Of a DNA stretch of 64,000 nucleotides, positions 17,111 through 26,732 are shown piece after piece. The DNA lies in assembly GCA_965248285.1 (NCBI GenBank), contig CBDFJJ010000013.1:1800384-1864383 (forward strand), in the 5' to 3' direction. This DNA comes from Gemmatimonadales bacterium. Lineage in GTDB: Bacteria; Gemmatimonadota; Gemmatimonadetes; Gemmatimonadales; GWC2-71-9. How positions within the stretch are numbered: the stretch's first letter is position 1; each line of letters starts with the position of its first letter. The notes under the pieces were generated by a model. The model was given only the letters and a program-made list of their open reading frames with translations. It was not told the origin of the DNA and ran no database searches. A program made the position numbers and the translations under genes.

Positions 17111-18694
17111 TCATTGCTGGGTGACGCCCCGAACTTTCAACTCCTCCTCGAACGCGACGACCTCGTAGTCGTCCTCGAAGCCCACTAGGTCGGGGGACGG
17201 AAGGTAGCCGCTCAAGTCTAGGTCTCCAGCTTCCAGCTCCCGGTCGAAGGCCTCCATGGGCGAGTCCGCGCTCGAGTACACGACCTCGCCGAGCGTGCGA
17301 TCCTCCAGTTTGACATGCTGGCGTATCGCCTCGCTGGCGGCGAACTGTCGTCTGACGGCGCGGAAGGTGAACACTAGCGCGCCGTCGTTGTCCGACACGT
17401 CGGCGTCGAACTCCGAGGCCAGTTGGTGCAGCACCGCTTCCACCGCGGAGCGATCCACATCTTGTTCCTTCAACCGAGGTTTGGCGTGCCCGAGCGCTTG
17501 GTCCACCGTCACCTTGCCTTTCCCGGCCAACGCCTCGCGGTAGACGAGTCCCATGACCGAGCGTCTCAGATTGCGGGCCTCGCGCGCGCGATTCTCCCGC
17601 CGGACTCCGAGGACGCGGAGAAGAGGGACGGAGAAGAAGAGGACGCTGAAGACGACCGGGATCAGCACAAGACCCACGAACGCGGCGGTTCCGCCGAGGC
17701 CGAGCTGTGGGAAGATGAACCAGGGAGCGGTCGCGCCCGCCGCCAGGGTGAAGCCGTTCATACCGATGATCACGGCGTCGTGCTTCTTCTCGTTGCCTGT
17801 GATCTCCAGCGGGTACTCCATGCGCAGCCACGCCGGGTTGGGCTCTCGATCCGTCACCACACCGTGCGCGCTCATCATGAGCTCCGGGAACGTGTAGACC
17901 AACTCCCCGTCTCGTGAGACCGTGGGCTCGCCCGAGTAGGATCCGAGCAGGCGGCTCATCTCCTCCTCGGCGGCGGGCATGGGCAGCGCGTTGTGCTCCA
18001 TGAGCTCCGCCGTGGTCAGCACGCCCTTACGGGCTCGGATCAGCCGGATCGTGCTGCGGTCGAGTTGCTTCTGCGTGGGTTTGGGTCGGTCGGGCCCGAA
18101 GACGAATGCGAAGACTTTCTTGTAGAAGGGTGGCCGACTGTCCTTCTCCAGCGTGGCCTCCCATCGTCGACCGTAGTATGGCCGTCCCAGGCGCCAGCGT
18201 GGCGTCCAGATGTAGTACCAGAGCCAGAAGCTCGGGAAGTGGAAATGGCCGGCGTGCCGATGGCCGCGTCCCCGACCCCAGCTTCCGCCCCCGCCCCCGC
18301 CCCCGCCGCGGCGTTCTCCACCCCGGGACATTATGGCCACGATCGCCGCGACCACGAGCACCACGAACACGACGAAGTAGACCACCAGCATGGTGACGAT
18401 CCAGGCCTTGAACGCCCCCGTGAGGAACCTCTTGGCCGCCCTCTTGAGGCGCTCCATCGCGGGAACCGCGTCGCGACGGATGAGCTTGCGGTCGAAGAGG
18501 TAGACCATCTCTCCGGACTGGGCGACCTCGAGGTGACCCTGGTGCGACTCCAGGAGACCCTTCAGGGCGGACTCCACCTGGTCGCGGGGCAGCCCGGCGC
18601 TGGAGACTACGTCACCGATGGTGCCTCTGCCCTTCAGGGATCGTAGGGCCCGGAGGACGTCGGGATGATGTTCTGCGTTAGCGATGGTGCTCAA
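17111..18694 (-). CDS. Hypothetical membrane protein with three wHTH-like modules and a poly-Gly/Arg/His linker
   Basis: Modules end ...GEMVYLFD, ...GELVYTFPEL and ...GALVFTFRAV. There are two TM regions and the run RGGERRGGGGGGGGSWGRGRGHRH. No family was recognised. Confidence 0.5.
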   Translation of the reverse strand: MSTIANAEHHPDVLRALRSLKGRGTIGDVVSSAGLPRDQVESALKGLLESHQGHLEVAQSGEMVYLFDRKLIRRDAVPAMERLKRAAKRFLTGAFKAWIVTMLVVYFVVFVVLVVAAIVAIMSRGGERRGGGGGGGGSWGRGRGHRHAGHFHFPSFWLWYYIWTPRWRLGRPYYGRRWEATLEKDSRPPFYKKVFAFVFGPDRPKPTQKQLDRSTIRLIRARKGVLTTAELMEHNALPMPAAEEEMSRLLGSYSGEPTVSRDGELVYTFPELMMSAHGVVTDREPNPAWLRMEYPLEITGNEKKHDAVIIGMNGFTLAAGATAPWFIFPQLGLGGTAAFVGLVLIPVVFSVLFFSVPLLRVLGVRRENRAREARNLRRSVMGLVYREALAGKGKVTVDQALGHAKPRLKEQDVDRSAVEAVLHQLASEFDADVSDNDGALVFTFRAVRRQFAASEAIRQHVKLEDRTLGEVVYSSADSPMEAFDRELEAGDLDLSGYLPSPDLVGFEDDYEVVAFEEELKVRGVTQQ

Positions 18695-19177
18695 GAGACG
18701 ACCTCAGTGATTGTTGTCCAGGCAGGGGCGCCGGTTGAGCCGGACTACGGGATAAGATGGCGGTTTCATCGAGGAGAGGGCAGGGGGACCCGGGCGGAGC
18801 CAACTCCACAGGCACAGTCGGCACCAGCGCGCCTCGGGTGGTGAGCGTGCGACTGGGGAGACTCGCGGCTAGTTCTCAATCGCCGTCTTCGTCAGTCCTT
18901 GCTCCAGATGATGTTGTACCAGCACACGTTGCTCCCATCCGTACATCGCTGCTTCTCCGACCAGTGACAGGGGAGACGCAAGTTCATGGATCGGCCCGAG
19001 GCCCGCCTCCGGGCCTCCAGCCGCGGCAAATATGTGCAATTTTGCCCGCCGATTATGTGCAATCTGGAGCCGCCGTTAACTGTAGAGCTGTGTCACGGGA
19101 TTGACTCGCGCCGGGACGGTACTTAACGCATGTTGTAGTCGAGTCTCAGGCCGCGGTGTCTTTGATCGTTCACCTTA

Positions 19178-19759
19178 TTGGAGGGGCAAATGTCTGTGTT
19201 GAACACACGAAACCTTGCGGGAGCGGTGCTTTGCGCGCTCTGGGCCGTACCGCTCCAGTCCGCGACCGCGCAGGAGCCAACGGGCGTTCGGGCGGAACTG
19301 ATCGCGGACCTCGACCAAACCGAAGAGAAATGGGTGGGGCTGGCCGATGCCATGAGCGCCGACCTCTACGCGTGGCGGCCCATGGAGGGCGTCCGCTCGG
19401 TTGGCGAAGTCTTCATGCACATCGCGGGGGCCAACGTCTTCTTTGCGAGGTTCGTCGGCTACACACCCACCGATCTCCCCGAGGCGCTGAAGAATTTCGC
19501 TCCAGGGGTGGAGCGGTCACCCAGCGACATGGCGCAGACCAAAGTGCTGCTCCAGGCGAGCTTTGAGACGGCGAGAGCAGCTATCCGAAGTATTCCGGAC
19601 GCCGACTTGGAACAGACTATGGAGTTCTTCGGTCAAGACATGTCCAAACGCGCGATGATCTTGCTGTTGTGCACCCACGCGCACGAGCATCTGGGCCAGC
19701 AGGTCGCGTATGCCCGCTCGAATAGAGTGGTGCCACCGTGGAGCCAAGGAGGGCAGTAG
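19178..19759 (+). CDS. DinB-superfamily protein, secreted
   Basis: Signal peptide, then the His triad context EVFMHIAGAN ... CTHAHEHLGQQVAYARSN. Confidence 0.75.
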   Translation: MEGQMSVLNTRNLAGAVLCALWAVPLQSATAQEPTGVRAELIADLDQTEEKWVGLADAMSADLYAWRPMEGVRSVGEVFMHIAGANVFFARFVGYTPTDLPEALKNFAPGVERSPSDMAQTKVLLQASFETARAAIRSIPDADLEQTMEFFGQDMSKRAMILLLCTHAHEHLGQQVAYARSNRVVPPWSQGGQ

Positions 19760-19857
19760 GCAGGTAAGTACGGCCGCTTGGGGTCGGATCCAATTGAGGA
19801 CCGCAATGTCCAGATAGAGAGCTCCGTCTTAGGCAGCGACTCGGAATCGATACTCGA

Positions 19858-20752
19858 CTACCTCACCCTTCTCCCCTCACGGCTACGGCATCGGCTCTGG
19901 TCGGTTGGTACGCACTCGTGCACGCTGAATCCTGTCGCACGGCCGTCCTCAATCAGGAACACAATGCGCGCGAAGTCATTGATTTGTGGTACGAAGACGT
20001 CGTCGCCCTGTGATCGTAGCCGCGACGGCTGACGCCCGTCGATCTCCAAGAACAGCCATCCCCCTCGCCGAACCACCACCCACTCCTGATCAGGTGCGGA
20101 GACCTGATATCGACCCACGTACGGCTCCAACTCTCGGACCGACAGCTGCGCGTCGAGGACTGTGGGCATCGGGATGCCCAGCGCCCACCTCGCTATAGCG
20201 TCCGCCATCCGAACCACGTGGCGTCCGTAGGTGTTAGAAGTGACGGCGATCACAAGATCAGCGTCAGGGAAGTAGTCGAGCTGAGACGAGAAGCCGAAGA
20301 TGCCGCCGCCGTGAGAGACGGAGAAGCGCCCCTCCAGTCGTGCGCGCGGCCGCAGACCAAACCCGTAGGGCACCTCAGTACCGTCGTCGAGGACCGCCGG
20401 CGTGACCATCGTCTCATAACCAGCCGTGGTGACCACCCGGCCGCTCGTTAGCGCAGATGTCCAAGAGATCAGGTCGAACACGGACGAGCACAGCGCCCCG
20501 GCGGCTCCGGCATGGGTCATCGACATGAAGGACGCGTGACGGAGTTCGTCGTCTTCGAGCTCATAGCCACGGGCGGCTCCCGGCGTGACGCGCTGCGTAT
20601 CGCACACCGACGTCCGACTCAGACCGATCGGATCGAAGATGTGATTCTGCAGGTATCCCTCGTAGGTCTCGCCGCTCGACGATCGCCGGGGTCTGTGCCG
20701 ACGCCGATGCAGCCAGGGCAAATAGAAAACTGAAGAGGATAGCGATTGACAT
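19858..20752 (-). pseudogene. Beta-lactamase-related serine hydrolase with an internal deletion/frameshift
   Basis: A signal peptide (MSIAILFSFLFALAASASAQ) in one frame is joined out of frame to the mid-protein motif SGETYEGYLQNHIFDPIGL. The SxxK-bearing N-domain is absent. Confidence 0.55.
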
Positions 20753-20790
20753 TGCTTTTCCTTTCGCTCACCGGTGAAATCCGAGCCGAG

Positions 20791-21804
20791 TCAATCGGCG
20801 CCGTCCGGTGGCGGCGTGGGTTCGCAGGCGCGCTCGTCGGTCAGCGCCAAGACGCAGCGCATGATGCGTTTTCGGGTTTCGGGTGCGGTTTGGCCTGCAT
20901 GACCACCGGTGGTCAGATGCAGCCCGGCATTGGGAAGCTTGTCGACCCAAACCTCGTTGTACGGCGTGCCGACCTCGTGAAGTCCGGTGAAGAACTCGAC
21001 TCGCGGTTGGATGTCGAACACGTCGAAACCCCAGCCGCTCTTCTCGAGGATGAACTGCACCTCCTGCTCCAACACCTCGGCCGGGGTAAGCTCGATCGCC
21101 GCAAAGTAGATCGCCACGATCTCCGGTTCGGTATCCTCGGGGAACTGCCGGAAGGGATCGCTCGACCGCGCTTCCTCCGGGTTTTCTCCGAATTGAAGCA
21201 TGGCGGCGCGCATGCCACCAACGATGTCAGAGGCCTCTTGTTCCGCCAGCCCATGGTAGATAGGCGTGAGCTCCCACGCCGCGGGATCGTCGAAGACTGG
21301 GGTCGCTGGATTCATCGGGATCGCGCCTACCACCCGGTCAGGCATCGCATGCGCAAGGGCGACTGAGAACATCCCTCCGTTCGAGTTCCCCATGACGACG
21401 AACTCTCCGAGATCCAGATGATCGGCGAGCTGCCGAATGTCCTCGTGGTACGTGGCGACGGCGAAAGCCGGATCCGCGGTCGATCCGCCCGCGCCCGGGC
21501 GGTCGACCGCGATGACGCGTACCCCGGCCGCCAGCGCATCCCGGTGATACACGAGCCCCGAGAGATGCGAAGCGCCGCCGCCGTGAAGTTCGAGGACCGG
21601 TACGCCATTGGGGTCTCCATATTCCGCCCACGCGAGAGCTCGCCCATCACGGAGCTCGATCGAACGGAGCCGGCTCTCATCGCCGGCGATCTCGGCCAGC
21701 GGTAGCGTCGCGTCGCGGTCAGCGGAGTCGCTCCCGGAACAGCCGGCAGCCGTCAAGGCGGCAAGAAGGACCTTCGGGCCCACACTGGTCATCCACGGTG
21801 TCAT
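20791..21804 (-). CDS. Alpha/beta hydrolase, probable lipoprotein
   Basis: Oxyanion motif HGGGAS, nucleophile elbow GNSNGG and lipobox LTAAGC. Start taken at MTPWMTSVG. Confidence 0.75.
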   Translation of the reverse strand: MTPWMTSVGPKVLLAALTAAGCSGSDSADRDATLPLAEIAGDESRLRSIELRDGRALAWAEYGDPNGVPVLELHGGGASHLSGLVYHRDALAAGVRVIAVDRPGAGGSTADPAFAVATYHEDIRQLADHLDLGEFVVMGNSNGGMFSVALAHAMPDRVVGAIPMNPATPVFDDPAAWELTPIYHGLAEQEASDIVGGMRAAMLQFGENPEEARSSDPFRQFPEDTEPEIVAIYFAAIELTPAEVLEQEVQFILEKSGWGFDVFDIQPRVEFFTGLHEVGTPYNEVWVDKLPNAGLHLTTGGHAGQTAPETRKRIMRCVLALTDERACEPTPPPDGAD

Positions 21805-21839
21805 GAGGTGTTCCGCTCGAGAGGGAATTGACCTTACGT

Positions 21840-22991
21840 TTATCCGGGGAGGCACGATCGGTCAAGCACCCGCTCGTCCACACGGAATCGGGTGTCGTAG
21901 ATCTCCTTCGCCAGGGCGTCGGCTTCCAGATCGACGCGTAGCGCCTGGTCGGCGGGCATGGGATCGATCGTCTCGTTTTGGAAGATGAAGTTGGCCAAGC
22001 TGTAGAAGATCGGTCGGCCGTTGTAGATCTCGATGCCCCTGAGCTGGTGCGGTCCGTGAATGACCATCGTGTTGGCCCCGGCGTCGATGACCTCGCGGGC
22101 GAACTCCTCCATCCACTCGGGCGGTGTGACGCTGGCGTTGCCCGGCTCGTGGGAGTGTGAGTTCACCACCACGTAGTCGGCCTGGTCGGCGGCGTTGCGG
22201 ACTTCGCGGAGGATGCGCGCACGGTCCACGGGATTCAGCGTCGTGACCACCCGATCGGCCGGGCCGGGGAACACGGTTCTGCTCAGCACGCGGACGGAAC
22301 TGTCCGGATCGCTCGGCGGGTCCGTACCGTAGGCTCTCGCGATCTGGCGGAGGCTCTCCATCGTCTCGGGCGTGGCCTCGCGCCTCCGGTTCAGCCTCAG
22401 CGGGTTGAGTCCCGGACGGCCCTGCACTTCGGTGGACGCGCTCCCCGCCCGCGACATCGGCGTGTGCGAAGAGGCCATCCCGATCAGGGCCACCCGACCC
22501 TTGGGCGTATCCAGGTATCCCGGTCGGCTGGCCCAGCCGAGGTTCATCCCCGAGCCGGCGTGCACCAGTCCCATCTCGTCGAGGAGGCGATCGGTGGCGA
22601 TCATGCCGGCCACGCCGTAGTCGGTCGTGTGGTTGTTGGCGCGGTTGAAGAGGTTGAAGCCCATATCGACCAGATCGACCAGGATCGCCGGCGAGCCTAC
22701 CTCGTAGTTTCCACCATTCTCGGCGGCCGGCCACCCCGTGAACTCCTGCAGTCTGAAGACCGACTGCTCCAGGTTCATGAAGGCCGCGTCGGCCGCCCGA
22801 ATCAGTTCGGCGAGACGATGGAAACCCGGATCGCCGGGATGATCGAACTGGGTGATGCGACGGTTCATGATCACGTCGCCCACCGCCGCGAGGGTCCAGG
22901 TGGTTTCCGGTCCGATTGGCGACGTGGATTGGGCGAGGAGTGGACTCCCGAACAACGAGAGTAGTGCGGTGAAGGTCAGGACGCGGCGCAT
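21840..22991 (-). CDS. CapA-family (PGA_cap metallophosphatase-like) protein, secreted
   Basis: AAVGDVIMNR and ANNHTTDYG motifs, plus a signal peptide. Confidence 0.75.
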   Translation of the reverse strand: MRRVLTFTALLSLFGSPLLAQSTSPIGPETTWTLAAVGDVIMNRRITQFDHPGDPGFHRLAELIRAADAAFMNLEQSVFRLQEFTGWPAAENGGNYEVGSPAILVDLVDMGFNLFNRANNHTTDYGVAGMIATDRLLDEMGLVHAGSGMNLGWASRPGYLDTPKGRVALIGMASSHTPMSRAGSASTEVQGRPGLNPLRLNRRREATPETMESLRQIARAYGTDPPSDPDSSVRVLSRTVFPGPADRVVTTLNPVDRARILREVRNAADQADYVVVNSHSHEPGNASVTPPEWMEEFAREVIDAGANTMVIHGPHQLRGIEIYNGRPIFYSLANFIFQNETIDPMPADQALRVDLEADALAKEIYDTRFRVDERVLDRSCLPG

Positions 22992-23343
22992 GGAAATCCT
23001 CCAACTCGAAACGACGGGAGTCTAGCAACTACGGACAGGGTCTAAGATGGACCGTCGATGGGGGGGTGGCGAGGTTTCGGGCCACAGATTGCACGGAAAC
23101 GCTCCGATCCACCCGGAGCGCGCAGTACCCGCGACGGCGGAGGCGACCGCTCTGGCCGCCCGCTGTACCGACCCCCATTATTAATGGATTAGCCGAAACC
23201 GCCCGAGGCGTCACCATGGCCCTCTCCGCTCGCACGCGCCGCACACTTCCGTTTCTCCTGCCAGCACTGGTCGCGATCTTGCTGGTCCCCCCGCCACTGC
23301 GCAGGACGACGGCTGGCGTACCATCGACAAGGGATATCGAACG

Positions 23344-26300
23344 ATGAAGAATCGCATGATCGTAATCCGCTCTCTTCTCGCCGGGGTTTTCGCGCTTTCT
23401 ATCGGTGCGGTGGGCGGAGGGGCCGTGGCGTCAGCGCAAGAGGAGCCATCGAAGCCCGAGGCAGGGCTCCCGCTCGAAACCACGCGCGTCATTGAGTTCG
23501 ACACCGACGAGGGGACGTGGATGAGCGTGGACGTCTCCCCGGACGGTACGCAACTGGTCTTCGATCTGTTGGGCGATCTGTATATGCTGCCCATCACCGG
23601 GGGCACGGCCCAGCGCATCACTCAAGGCCCGGCATTCGATTTCCAACCTCGTTTTTCTCCCGACGGCAGGCACATCGCATTCGTGAGCGACCGGAACGGT
23701 GACGAAAGTCTGTGGTTGGCGAATGCCGACGGGAGCGATCCGCGCGTCATTGTGACCGACACGCGCAGCCTAGTGGGTTCCCCGGCCTGGTCGCCGGACG
23801 GGGAGTTTCTGGCGGTGCGCAAGGGCGTGTCGAGCCTGGCCCTGAACGAGCTGTGGCTGTACCACAAGGACGGCGGAACGGGGATCCAGATCACGGAGGG
23901 AATAGCACCCATGCGGTCCGTGGCCGGACCCGAGTTCTCACCGGATGGAGCGTACATCTATTTCTCGAGCAGCCCGCAGGGACACCGCTACAACGCAGAC
24001 CTCGGACATTACCAGGTCAGCCGCTACCATCGCGACACCGGCGATATCGAGACGATTACCGGGAACTATGGCGGTGGCTTGAGGCCGGTGCTCTCGCCCG
24101 ACGGTCGCACGCTCGCGTACGTCGCCCGAGACGAAACCCACTCGGCCCTGCGCATCCGTGACCTCGAGACGGGGCGCGAAAAGCGGCTGGCCTATCCGCT
24201 CGACCTCGACGAGCAAGAGGGCTTCGCGTGCCGTGATCTCTTTCCCGGTTACAGCTTCACGCCGGACGGCCGGGGAATCGTGATCTCGTTCGGTGGGAAG
24301 CTTCACCGCGTCGACGTCACTACTGGTGAAGCGGCACCGATTCCGTTCAACGCGCACGTCCGCCAAGAGCTGGGGCCGCTCGTCCACTTCGAGCGGGAGA
24401 TCGACACCGGACCGGTGCGCGTCCGCCAGCTCCGCTGGGCGAACCAGTCTCCAGACGGAACGCGTCTGACGTTCAGTGCTGTTGGGCAAGTCTGGGGCAT
24501 GGACCTGCCGGGCGGCACACCCCGCCGATTGACTGAGACGAGTGAAAGGGAGTACGCGCCCAGCTTCTCGCCCGACGGCAACTGGATCGTTTACGTCAGC
24601 TGGACCGACGAGGTGGGCGGGCACGTGTGGAAAGTGCCGGCCGACGGAGGAGCTCCGGTCCAGCTGACTCGGGTGTCGGCTTTCTATCATCGTCCCACCT
24701 GGGCCCCGGATGGAAGCAAGATCGCGTTTGTCCAGGGGTCGGCCCGGGCCTGGCTCGCTGAGGATCCCAGCGATGTGTTGCAGATCCGTTGGGTCGATGC
24801 CAATGGCGGTGAAACGCACCACGTCATGAATTCGCCGCTATCGGCGCAAGCCCGCGTTCCGTGGCAGCAACTCACTTTCAGCGGCAATGGGCAGCGGATT
24901 TACTATCTGGACTACGAGTCGCCCCCGCCGGGGCTGGACTATCCTCCGGGGACGCTGACCCTTCACTCTGTTCAGCTGGATGGCGGAGATCGGCGCCAGC
25001 ATGCCCAGCTGGTCGGCGCCGACCAAGCGGCTCCTTCTCCCGACGGGAAGTGGGTGACATTCATCGTTAGGGGTGACGCGTACTTAGCGCCGCTGCCCCG
25101 CGTCGGCGACGTCGTCACCCTGGACCTGCGAACGCCCGTGGTGAACATCCGGCGGCTGACGAACGAGGGGGCGGGGGATGCTCGGTGGGAAGACGGTGGA
25201 CGGACCCTCACGTGGCGCTTTGCGAACCGCTTCTATCGCATCGGGCGGGAGGACGCCTTACTCGCAAAGAGCGTGGATGAGGTTAATGCCACCGAGTTCG
25301 TGATCGACTTGCAAATCCCCCGTCCCCGGCCCCGAGGGACGATCGCCCTGCGCAACGCCCGCATCGTCACGATGCGCGGCGACGAGGTTATCCCACGTGG
25401 CGACATCTTGGTGGAGAACAACCGCATTCAGGCGGTCGGGGCAAGCGGTTCCGTGTCAATCCCTGATGACGCCCAAGTGATCGACGTCAGTGGTAAGACG
25501 ATCGTTCCTGGGTTCATCGACATGCACGACCACCTCCGCTTGCCCGGTGAGGTCATTCCGGAAAGAAGCTGGACCTTGGCCGCACATCTCGCCTACGGGG
25601 TGACCACGGGTTTCGATCCCGGAGCCGACACGAAGGCTATTTTCGCCAACGCCGAGATGGTCGAGGCCGGCCGGCTGCGCGGCCATCGGGTCTACAGTAC
25701 GGGCGTGCCGCTACACCCGGGCACCGCGAAGATCGAAAGTTTGGAGGACGCCCGCCACGTTACCCGGCAATTCAGCCGCCATGGGGCCATCTTCCTCAAG
25801 GAGTACTTGCAGCCGCGTCGCATTCAGCGACAGTGGCTGGCCATGGCCGCACGCGAGGAGGGTGTCTCGATCACGGCTGACGGAGGCGGCGATCTCTTCT
25901 TCGACATCACGCATATTCTCGACGGCTACACGGGATACGAGCACAGCATGCCCACCGTGCCGCTCTACCGCGACGTCATCGAGCTGATGGCGCGAAGCCA
26001 GACGTACTACAGCCCCACTCTCGGGGTAGAGCTAGTCGGTCCGTGGGGTCAGCACTACTTCCGGCAGCACACCAACCTCCACGACGACCCCAAGCTGCGT
26101 CGCTTTACGCCCAGGGAGGTCCTCGACCGACGGACCCATCGTGGGCTGCGGGTTCGGGATGAGGACTTCCGAGTCGTTCAGGTAGCCGCGCAGGCGGCAA
26201 AGCTCGTCCGTAGCGGCGGCTATGCGGTGCCTGGAGGACACGGTGAGCAGCAGGGCATCGCGACTCACTGGGACATCTGGTTCCTCGCCATGGGTGGACT

Positions 26301-26592
26301 GACGGCCCATGAGGCGTTGAGGGCAGCGACGCGTCATCCGGCAGAGCGGCTCGGGCTGGAAGCGGATCTGGGCTCCTTGGAGTCCGGAAAGCTCGCCGAC
26401 CTCGTCGTTCTCAACAGTAATCCGCTCGATGACATTCAGCGGACCACCGACATCCTCTACGTCATGACGAACGGTGAGCTTTTTGAAGGAGAGACCCTCG
26501 ATCAGATCTGGCCCGAGCGGAGAAAATTCGGCGAGTTCTATTGGGAGACCGAGGCGAAGGCGCTCGACGAACGAAGAGACACTCGCCGGTAG
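23344..26592 (+). CDS. TolB-like beta-propeller / amidohydrolase fusion protein, secreted
   Basis: Repeated SPDG(x)xxAF(V) PD40-type blades, then the C-terminal amidohydrolase blocks PGFIDMHDH and GKLADLVVLNSNPLDDI. Confidence 0.85.
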   Translation: MKNRMIVIRSLLAGVFALSIGAVGGGAVASAQEEPSKPEAGLPLETTRVIEFDTDEGTWMSVDVSPDGTQLVFDLLGDLYMLPITGGTAQRITQGPAFDFQPRFSPDGRHIAFVSDRNGDESLWLANADGSDPRVIVTDTRSLVGSPAWSPDGEFLAVRKGVSSLALNELWLYHKDGGTGIQITEGIAPMRSVAGPEFSPDGAYIYFSSSPQGHRYNADLGHYQVSRYHRDTGDIETITGNYGGGLRPVLSPDGRTLAYVARDETHSALRIRDLETGREKRLAYPLDLDEQEGFACRDLFPGYSFTPDGRGIVISFGGKLHRVDVTTGEAAPIPFNAHVRQELGPLVHFEREIDTGPVRVRQLRWANQSPDGTRLTFSAVGQVWGMDLPGGTPRRLTETSEREYAPSFSPDGNWIVYVSWTDEVGGHVWKVPADGGAPVQLTRVSAFYHRPTWAPDGSKIAFVQGSARAWLAEDPSDVLQIRWVDANGGETHHVMNSPLSAQARVPWQQLTFSGNGQRIYYLDYESPPPGLDYPPGTLTLHSVQLDGGDRRQHAQLVGADQAAPSPDGKWVTFIVRGDAYLAPLPRVGDVVTLDLRTPVVNIRRLTNEGAGDARWEDGGRTLTWRFANRFYRIGREDALLAKSVDEVNATEFVIDLQIPRPRPRGTIALRNARIVTMRGDEVIPRGDILVENNRIQAVGASGSVSIPDDAQVIDVSGKTIVPGFIDMHDHLRLPGEVIPERSWTLAAHLAYGVTTGFDPGADTKAIFANAEMVEAGRLRGHRVYSTGVPLHPGTAKIESLEDARHVTRQFSRHGAIFLKEYLQPRRIQRQWLAMAAREEGVSITADGGGDLFFDITHILDGYTGYEHSMPTVPLYRDVIELMARSQTYYSPTLGVELVGPWGQHYFRQHTNLHDDPKLRRFTPREVLDRRTHRGLRVRDEDFRVVQVAAQAAKLVRSGGYAVPGGHGEQQGIATHWDIWFLAMGGLTAHEALRAATRHPAERLGLEADLGSLESGKLADLVVLNSNPLDDIQRTTDILYVMTNGELFEGETLDQIWPERRKFGEFYWETEAKALDERRDTRR

Positions 26593-26695
26593 CGCGTCGG
26601 ACTCGCCTTGCTGGGCCCCAGGTGCGAGGACTGCGCGCTCAAGCCTTCCCCGAGTCTGCGGCCACGCAGCGCATGACTCGCGCCGCAGCGCATGT

Positions 26696-26731
26696 GAATA
26701 TTGAATATTCGGTATTGGATATTGGATATTC
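26696..26731. repeat. AT-rich heptamer hairpin (gaatatt/ggatatt), left copy
   Basis: gaatattgaatattcggtattggatattggatattc. Its reverse complement matches 28926-28961 at 33 of 36 positions. Confidence 0.8.
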
Positions 26732-26732
26732 T

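Noticed and set aside
18892-18987. 31-codon minus-strand ORF MNLRLPCHWSEKQRCTDGSNVCWYNIIWSKD* (three Cys) in the gap between the membrane protein and the DinB gene. A nearby direct repeat tatgtgcaat..tatgtgcaat lies at about 19032-19064.
   Set aside because: No convincing RBS at proper spacing (GGAGG is ~18 nt upstream). There is no partner modification or transport genes and no way to test conservation here. It is kept only as a note; the direct repeat could be a regulator site.
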